Source of the DNA: Squalus acanthias
Taxonomy: Eukaryota
Assembly (NCBI GenBank): GCA_030390025.1
Contig: CM059448.1
Location: 22,692,001 to 22,756,000 of the forward strand
Direction: 5' to 3'
DNA: 64,000 nucleotides
Below the pieces are notes generated by a model. It ran no database searches and was not told the origin of the DNA. It saw only the letters and a list, made by a program, of their open reading frames with translations. The position numbers and the translations under genes are program-made. Shown here piece after piece: positions 59,201 through 64,000 of this stretch (position 1 is the stretch's first letter; each line of letters begins with the position of its first letter).

Positions 59201-61718
59201 TATCCTTCCTTCAAAATTCAGGTTAGGCAACACATGATAAAGTTAAACAACTACTTGCATTTATATAGAGCTTTCAGCACAAAACATTGCAAGGTGCTTC
59301 ACAGATAGTTGCAAGGCCAAATGAGGCAGGGAGAGATTAGAAGGGGTGACCTAAAGTGTGGTTGAAGAAATGGGTTTGAGACGGTTTTTAAAAAAGGTGG
59401 AAAGGTTTATGAAGGCAATTTAACAGAATCAGACCCAGTCACCTGAAGGTTCTGCCACAACTAATAAGATGAGCTGGGGTGGGAAAATTGTGTATTTCGA
59501 GGGGGGGGCGAAGAAAGATAAGAGAAGGGAATATCTGGTTGGAGGAGGTTGTGCCGATAGGGTGAGACGAGGAAGCATTTTAAATTTCATGCGTGGGGAG
59601 AGGCATAGCCAATGTAGGTTAGGAGAGGGGTGAAGGGCGAGTGGGACTTTGTGCATGTCAGACCAGAGGGTGGAGAAAGAGAGGCAGGTAGAGAGAACAA
59701 AAATATATTTGAACTTGGAACTGAAATGTATTTATAAGGGTTTTAGCAGAAAAAGGGGTAGAGGTAGGGATGGAGGCAGCCAATGTTGCGTAGATGGGTG
59801 TTAAGTGGCCTTAGTGGTGGAGAGGATGTGGGACCTGAAACTAAGTGACACCCTGATGTTTTCCACCCCCACCACCAGATGCAAACAATGAGACTGTGGG
59901 TCAGTGGAACTATACCACAGTAATCACTAACTTTAAGAAAAACATTGGAAAAATGCATCTTTAGTCCCATCTCAAAATAATCTCATGTAGCCACAATATT
60001 AAACCCAACTTTGAGATTTTCTTCTGATAAAACTGGATCTGTACCATTAACAGTACACTGGCTTTGCACTTTTGAATCATTCGGTATGTGTATTCATAAT
60101 AAACCTCAACATGTAAATCTATACATTTCCATAGGTATGAAAGGTTTATGGAAGTATGAAGTTGTACAGCACAAAATCAATTTTAAAACAAATTAAAAAA
60201 GGACCAGGAATAGATGGCACAAAATTATTGAGCACATCTGTAGAATAAAGCAACCTCTCAAAATAGTCTTTTAGGCACCAATATTGTAATTTAAATATAA
60301 AAGTTCTACTAAAAAAACCACAGTTGTTTCTTCAGAAACTGGTCTGTAGCTCCCATGATGACCTAGCACATTAAGACATTGCCCAGCACGGCACCAAATC
60401 ATGCAAACCAGGAGGTCAGAAGTTTGATTGACAGTCATTGCTGAGCTAGCTAAGTTCAGCTGAGCTTGCACTGGGGATTACAACAGACCTTAGTACCTTT
60501 CTGGAGAGGACAAAAAAGAGGGAGCAAGAGGAAAAATAGGGGACCCACCCCATCATTATCCAGCAACTGGCTGGAAACTGAATGCGTGTACATGGCAATG
60601 GTTGATCTCAGCCATGATACCCCATTTCATCACTCATCATCTAGAAGCAAGCATGAAGAACCATTTAAACCAAAGTACCGTGTGGGCACAGTGCTCTCGC
60701 AATGCTAGAAAAGGCCAATGTCTTGGGAGACAAGGGATACCCTTAGTAATAAATAGATGCAGCGCACTTCATGTTGAATCTTACATATGTGCCACACTGT
60801 GTATAAATGGTACAAGATTATCTAAAATGAGTACCATAAGCAGTTATACCAAGCAATTCATTTGCATAATTTTATTTTAAATATGAAATACATAAATTAT
60901 ATGCAATTATAAAGTATTTCTAGAGCCAACACAATTTACATGTGGGAAATTGCAGAAACTGATTTCTGGTTTATTGCAATTTAATGGCTTCCTAAAGATG
61001 TAAGCAAGAGCACTTTGCAAATTTTGACAAGCCAATTCTGTCCCACGCAATAAGCGTTATTACACATTAACAAATATGTAATATCTGAAAACATTAGGTG
61101 GCAAGAGTTAAATTGTGCAATGTAAAACGTATAATAAATATTAGCAATCTAATCATATACAAAATTGAACTAAACGAATTTATAAAGATTGATGAAAAAA
61201 TTAGAGTACAGCAGTCTGTATTTGAACCTTTGGGAAAAACAGAAAAAATGCCAGTTCCACAAAGATAAAATCAACGCACTTCAGAACTTTGCAACTTACA
61301 GAGCCTGAGGCCTAAGAGGAGGAAAGCGCAAGTTTTAGTACTGCGGACACCGTTTCACTCTTGGCGGGCCTAGTGAGAAATACTGCTGCCGCTCTGCAGA
61401 GCTGCGACACCGTGTCCGAGACACTTTCAAGGAAGCGGGAAGTGGAGGCGAGAACTGCGACTAGACTCGTCGGGACGCCAGGGCCTAGTGCAGGAGCCCG
61501 AGGCCCTTGGAGTGAGGCTGTTGGTAATGGAGGCCCGTCCTTGGCCCCAGCCTGGAGTTTCCTGCACTCGGCGTCTCGCCCCTTACCCACTCACCCTCCC
61601 CCTCACCCCACCCCGCTTCACTCACCGTCAGGGTGTCATCGATGTAGAGCGGGATCTGCCTCTTCTCGAAGGGGAACTCTTCCTCGCCTTCTCGGCAGAC
61701 GGCCACCAGGCGCGCCAT
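20009..61718 (-). CDS. GGNBP2: GGNBP2 / ZNF403 (gametogenetin-binding protein 2), full spliced CDS span: 13 core exons, 2085 nt, 694 aa
   Basis: Thirteen GT-AG exons join in frame (93+81+254+99+114+204+175+192+151+126+155+243+198 nt), from MARLVAVCREGEEEFPFEKRQIPLYIDDTLT to ...GWLTAAGVN*. The peptides match vertebrate GGNBP2 as I recall it. Confidence 0.97.
22060..23220 (+). mobile_element. Highly degenerate CR1/L2-group LINE fragment
   Basis: RT-like remnants (ATGTGGAAAAT..., CTGCTCACCAATGCTTAGTTTGGGTTCTGCCAG) and a 3' end GGCCCACCACCTTCAGG..CTAGGGATAGGCAATTAAA. Confidence 0.55.
24657..24899 (-). CDS. GGNBP2: GGNBP2 coding exon 12 (SENAGDCNMDL...GRGTKTLKELL)
   Basis: Acceptor ttttctctag, donor GTAAGT; 243 nt. 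Divergent, but retains the DKTKD, EKGGQ and ELL landmarks. Confidence 0.9.
25453..25607 (-). CDS. GGNBP2: GGNBP2 coding exon 11 (DDTCVHHC...KGKNKKKKKKGKGVKCDDD)
   Basis: Acceptor ctctttgtcag, donor GTAAGT; 155 nt, phase 1/0. Confidence 0.95.
25864..26149. mobile_element. Tigger4/MER46-like MITE
   Basis: TA-CAGGTTGAGTGTCCCAAATCCGG ... CCGGATTTGGGACGTTCTACTTG-TA; internal TCCG(G)AA repeats. Confidence 0.8.
26343..26468 (-). CDS. GGNBP2: GGNBP2 coding exon 10 (LSPHCNGSDCGYSSSMEGSETGSREGSDVACTEGICNHDET)
   Basis: Acceptor ttttcactcag, donor GTTAGT; 126 nt, phase 1/1. Confidence 0.96.
27444..27594 (-). CDS. GGNBP2: GGNBP2 coding exon 9 (TTSETVESSCKDCG...LLGSPKTKKG)
   Basis: Acceptor tcattccag, donor GTATGT; 151 nt, phase 0/1. 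Confidence 0.93.
27690..28940 (+). mobile_element. Degenerate CR1 LINE RT fragment
   Basis: PGNYRSVSLTS, SQHGFQKGRS, VDVVHMDFQK remnants with many stops and frameshifts. Confidence 0.85.
29586..29777 (-). CDS. GGNBP2: GGNBP2 coding exon 8 (MAIEKVQGISRLEQLCEE...KKRQKRKNRRKNKC...KAQEE); basic NLS-like segment
   Basis: Acceptor ttctgcag, donor GTAGGT; 192 nt. Confidence 0.94.
30828..31191. mobile_element. Tc1/mariner-superfamily (Tigger-like) MITE, copy 2
   Basis: Same TIRs, TA TSD and internal sequence as 2634-3000. Confidence 0.9.
31789..31963 (-). CDS. GGNBP2: GGNBP2 coding exon 7 (RRERHAKTIDIAQEEVLTCLG...LRKSFE)
   Basis: Acceptor ttgcttctag, donor GTACAG; 175 nt, phase 2/0. Confidence 0.96.
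33320..33523 (-). CDS. GGNBP2: GGNBP2 coding exon 6 (FCTDCKNKVLRAY...AEPEFAGG); alternative donor extends it to 33314 (+YE)
   Basis: Acceptor ttttattgcag; tandem donors GG|GTATGA|GTATGT; 204 or 210 nt. Confidence 0.95.
33696..33809 (-). CDS. GGNBP2: GGNBP2 coding exon 5 (GCWMDVWELMSQECRDEVVLIDSSCLLETLETYLRKHR)
   Basis: Acceptor ttaacag, donor GTTTGT; 114 nt, phase 2/2. Confidence 0.96.
34668..34858. repeat. Fold-back Penelope-derived short repeat nested in a minus-strand DeuSINE-like copy (about 34508-34965)
   Basis: AAAACAGAAAATGCC...GGTTCTGATGAA...CTGAAAGGTTAA...TTTCAGATTTCCAGCATCT; SINE sequence continues on both sides. Confidence 0.7.
38136..38264 (-). CDS. GGNBP2: GGNBP2 putative cassette exon (EGNSGSGNAERALGSDKKSNGDSKKEVRCSILFHFGPFQPPHR)
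   Basis: 129 nt, phase 2/2, stop-free and in frame between exons 4 and 5. Acceptor aattacag, donor CAG|GTAACA. Resembles an optional FHxGPFQ insert I recall from other vertebrate GGNBP2 isoforms. Confidence 0.75.
41532..41630 (-). CDS. GGNBP2: GGNBP2 coding exon 4 (SKLNETIDAIPKSKKNKRCQLHSLDTHKPKPLG)
   Basis: Acceptor ttcctcttag, donor GTAAGT; 99 nt, phase 2/2. Read by hand; not in the ORF track. Confidence 0.95.
42344..42791 (+). mobile_element. RTE-clade LINE 3' fragment with a 12-bp TSD and a short 5' inverted segment
   Basis: Peptide LPKQALNSELRHGKRAPGGQRKRFKDTLKASLK and C2H2-like HVCPTCDRDC...SHLRTH; TSD ACTATATTCAAG at 42332-42343 and 42792-42803. Confidence 0.9.
43087..43340 (-). CDS. 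GGNBP2: GGNBP2 coding exon 3 (QHGMLKQQDL...CVGCRRSVERLF...LFYVHG)
   Basis: Acceptor ttttgtttcag, donor GTAAGT; 254 nt, phase 0/2. Confidence 0.96.
44847..45271. repeat. Pair of diverged ~100-bp direct repeats (44847-44949 and 45174-45271)
   Basis: AATGTGACTTGAAGG...GAGAGTTTTATTGTA...GAGTGTGTTTATC...ATCAGGTCCTCTG.CGGTTGTGGT occurs twice. Confidence 0.85.
45480..46310 (-). mobile_element. Very old CR1 LINE fragment
   Basis: ACCAAAACTGCATACAGCA and AAACAAGGGACCAAACACTAACTCC are reverse complements of CR1 YCxQFW and GSVLGP coding segments. Confidence 0.6.
46432..46512 (-). CDS. GGNBP2: GGNBP2 coding exon 2 (MVMEFSDNMLNLDGHQVNGAQLKQFVQ)
   Basis: Acceptor tttccctacag, donor GTAAGA; 81 nt, phase 0/0. 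Confidence 0.96.
49748..50417. mobile_element. Second, oppositely oriented member of the same TIR element family
   Basis: TIRs GGCCCAGAAATT / AATTTCTGCCCC. Shares ATTGGCT..CACGTGATCCCA and AGGTAAGTTTATTTTTA blocks with 642-1369 in reverse complement. Confidence 0.7.
52276..52485. repeat. Fold-back (inverted pair) copy of the Penelope-derived short repeat
   Basis: Left arm ...TCAGGTAGTAAATGTGGAGAAACATGGAGATAACACTTCAGGTTGAT mirrors right arm ATCAACCTGAAGCATTAACCCCATGTTTCTCTCCACAAATACTACCTGA. Confidence 0.8.
53028..54520 (+). mobile_element. CR1 LINE, 5'-truncated, RT domain through 3'UTR, frameshift near 53700; inserted into an AmnSINE2-like copy
   Basis: QHGFMKGKSCLTNL, YLDFQKAFDKVPH, GVPQGSVLGP, KFADDTK, VRPHLEYC; tail CCTATTTCTTATGTTCTTATGT; SINE halves at about 52900-53027 and 54521-54680. 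Confidence 0.95.
57262..58927 (+). mobile_element. Two consecutive L2 LINE 3' fragments (about 57262-57810 and 57812-58927)
   Basis: QGSILGPLLFLIYMLP, LDYSNALLAG, IQNSAAHVLT, ITPVLADLHWL; tail AAAGGCACTATATAAATACAAGTTGTTGTTG. Confidence 0.9.
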
Positions 61719-62400
61719 GTCAACAGCGTCGCACCGAGGGGCAGGGCAACGAGAGAGAGAGAGAGAGAGAGAGGGCCGAGAGCCTGACAGCACCAACCGC
61801 CACTGACCGACCGACACAAACAAACAAAACAAAAGCCGATCAACCAGCAAATCCTCCAACTCTTCTTCTGATACTAAAATTAGATTAATTAACACAACCA
61901 GAGGGAGACGGCCCTTGGCGGAGCCGCTGAGCTGGAGCCTGTAGCCGGGCAAGGAGACTGGCGCAGCCTCGCTCCCACAAACTCCCCTCCACCAAAATAT
62001 TCGAATAAAAATGGAGCGCGTCACAGCCACAGCGCCGCCGCCGCCATCCGCCCCCGGGCAAAGAGTCCCTCCCTCTGCGCTCGGCAGCGCCTCCCTCCAC
62101 TTCACTTCATCGTCCGATTTAATTCTTTATGATTTGGAATCGGGCTGATTTTTGTTTAAAGTTTATTTAAAAAATACATATATATATATATATATTAATG
62201 TTATACTTTGGAGCAGGCACAACCTTCCCCCCCCCCGCAATCCCGGTCTGAGATACGTGGCGACGGATTAAAAAGCAACCTTTCGCCTCCCTCGGCCGCT
62301 GCTGAAAGTAGTTCGGAGCAGTCTGCGCGTGACCGAGGAGGGGCAGGGGCGGGCGGGCGCGCGCGCGCTTCACTGCGCGGGATTCAGGCGCTCGTTTCAA
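61300..62400 (-). promoter_or_regulatory. CpG island / promoter and 5'UTR of GGNBP2
   Basis: High GC and CpG density around the start codon; YY1-like GATGGCGGCG (minus strand, near 62039-62048); GC boxes GGGGCGGGCGGG near 62346. Confidence 0.8.
61626..61718 (-). CDS. GGNBP2: GGNBP2 coding exon 1 (MARLVAVCREGEEEFPFEKRQIPLYIDDTLT)
   Basis: ATG at 61718, donor GTGAGT after 61626; 93 nt. Confidence 0.96.
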
Positions 62401-62663
62401 ACTGTGCAAAGTAGCAACAAAATATTGTTCATGGTAGTGGTTACATATATATATATATATAACAAAGTCTTTACCGAAGGAGGCCACCCGTATGCACATT
62501 AGCCCGTGCATTTACTATAATAAACCCATGGTGGAGTATGCTTTAAAAAAGACAAACTGAAGAATTTGAATTAGTAATTTCGCTGCTGCGCTCGCCCAGT
62601 GGCCTCACCACCCCTTACAAAGTTGGCAGAGTACAGCTAGACTGTATATATGCCGAGACAAGA

Positions 62664-63470
62664 CAAGACTTGCATTTATATACCTCCCAATTGACTTTAC
62701 AGCCAATTAAGTACTTTTGAAGCACAGTCACTGTTGTAATGTAGGAAAAGCAATTTGTGCACAGCAAGGTCCCACAGACAGTAATGTGATAATGATAATC
62801 CGTTATTGGTTGAAGAATAAATATTGGCCAAGACGCTGGAGAGAACTCCCCATCTCTTCTTTGAATCGCGCCCTGGCATCTTTTATGTCCACCTGAGAGG
62901 GCAGACATCAGTTTAACATCTCATCCGAAAGACTGCCCATCCAACAATGCAGCACTTCACTGGAATGTCAGTATAGATTTTGTGCTCATATCCCTGAAGT
63001 GGGACTTGAACCCACAACCTCTGACTCAGAGACAAGAAGATTTGCATTTATATAAGCACCTTTCACAACCTCAGGATTTCCCAAAGTGCTTTACAGCCAA
63101 TTAAGTACTTCTGCAGTGCAGTCACTGTTGTAATGCAGGAAACAGCAGCCAATTTGTGCAGAGCAAGGTTCTACAGACAGCAATGTGATAATGATAATCC
63201 GTTATTAGGTGTTGGTTGAAGAATAAATATTGGCCAAGACACCAGAGAGAACTCCCCATCTCTTCTTTGAATAGTGCCCTGGGATCTTTTATGTCCACCT
63301 GAGAGGACAGATGGGGCCTCAATTTAACATCTCATCCAAGAAACTGCACATCCAACAGTACTCCAATGGAATGTCAGCTTAGAGTTTGTGCTCAAGTCCC
63401 TGGGGTGGGACTTGAACCCACAACCATCTGACTCAGAGACAAGAATGCTACCAACTGAGCCACGGCTGAC
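62664..63470 (-). mobile_element. Two tandem DeuSINE (SacSINE1-like) copies
   Basis: Reverse complement of the 6655-7096 family occurs twice (about 62664-63037 and 63039-63470). Other partial copies at about 17640-18030, 21400-21610, 26900-27205, 36990-37100, 48950-49175 and 56920-57255. Confidence 0.85.
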
Positions 63471-64000
63471 ACCACTTACTAGGTACATGCACAGAAATGC
63501 TAAATTTCCTTTTTCGGTAGAGGAGAGAGACTCCCACTTTTTAAATAAAGTCGGGCCCTCTGCCTTTTCTCGGAGTTTTCACTGGTGAAGCTGTGCACGG
63601 TAGCAGATTTGCAGACCAGGCCCAGCTCCCCAATAATTAGGAATAATAAAATAGATGGCAATCCGGAGCCAGCGGCAGGATGATAGAGGCTACAGACATT
63701 GCAACAGACTGCATTGAATTTGTGCCAGAGGTGGTTAAAATGGATGCAAAGGAGTCAAGTTATGGAAAGAGAGGTCCAATTTCACACGAGAAAATCTTTG
63801 GTGGACAAGATCCAGTCAAAGAAGCCATTAGGCAGAGGGAACCCTGGAGGGAGCTTGTAAGCCACCGGTATTAGGGAAAACAGAAGGAATGTCAGTCGGA
63901 GAAGTTAAGGGAAGGCAGTTTCTGTGTGACTGGACCTTACTCCGAGTGCAGCCAACTTTCCTGGCTTCCCTAGCTATGGAGCTAGGTAGAAAATAAATTG

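Noticed and set aside
61719-62105. Stop-free frame extending 129 codons upstream of the GGNBP2 ATG (ORF 61485-62105)
   Set aside because: It starts at GTG, crosses a (CT)n microsatellite and GC-rich leader, and resembles no GGNBP2 sequence I know. Likely a chance open frame in a CpG island.
63481-64000. Possible PIGW or MYO19 sequence expected from synteny
   Set aside because: No recognisable peptide on either strand; the 64-aa ORF at 63680 is uninformative.
1-64000. CRISPR arrays, operons, prokaryotic defence systems, rRNA or snoRNA genes
   Set aside because: The sequence is spliced vertebrate DNA. I saw no regularly spaced repeat-spacer array and no convincing C/D or H/ACA structure by eye.

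Overview
Vertebrate nuclear DNA, most likely a shark or other cartilaginous fish (inferred from the repeat set: DeuSINE/SacSINE1-like and other tRNA SINEs, CR1, L2, RTE, Penelope). Two minus-strand protein genes are present. The first is the complete GGNBP2 (ZNF403) coding region: 13 core coding exons from 61718 to 20009 (2085 nt, 694 aa), plus an in-frame 129-nt cassette exon. The second is the first coding exon of DHRS11 (11652-11521); I found no further DHRS11 exons in the window. This GGNBP2-then-DHRS11 order matches human 17q12. Both genes start in CpG islands. The rest is intron or intergenic DNA rich in transposon relics. Highlights: (1) minimal hammerhead-ribozyme motifs in two Penelope-related repeat families, with covarying stems; (2) a young Penelope GIY-YIG ORF head-to-head with the DHRS11 promoter; (3) a multi-way splice switch after GGNBP2 exon 6 that can give a 288-aa short protein ending YEYVIC; (4) fold-back elements whose arms appear to co-evolve. 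All family names come from by-eye recall, not database searches. Repeat boundaries are approximate unless a TSD or TIR is quoted.
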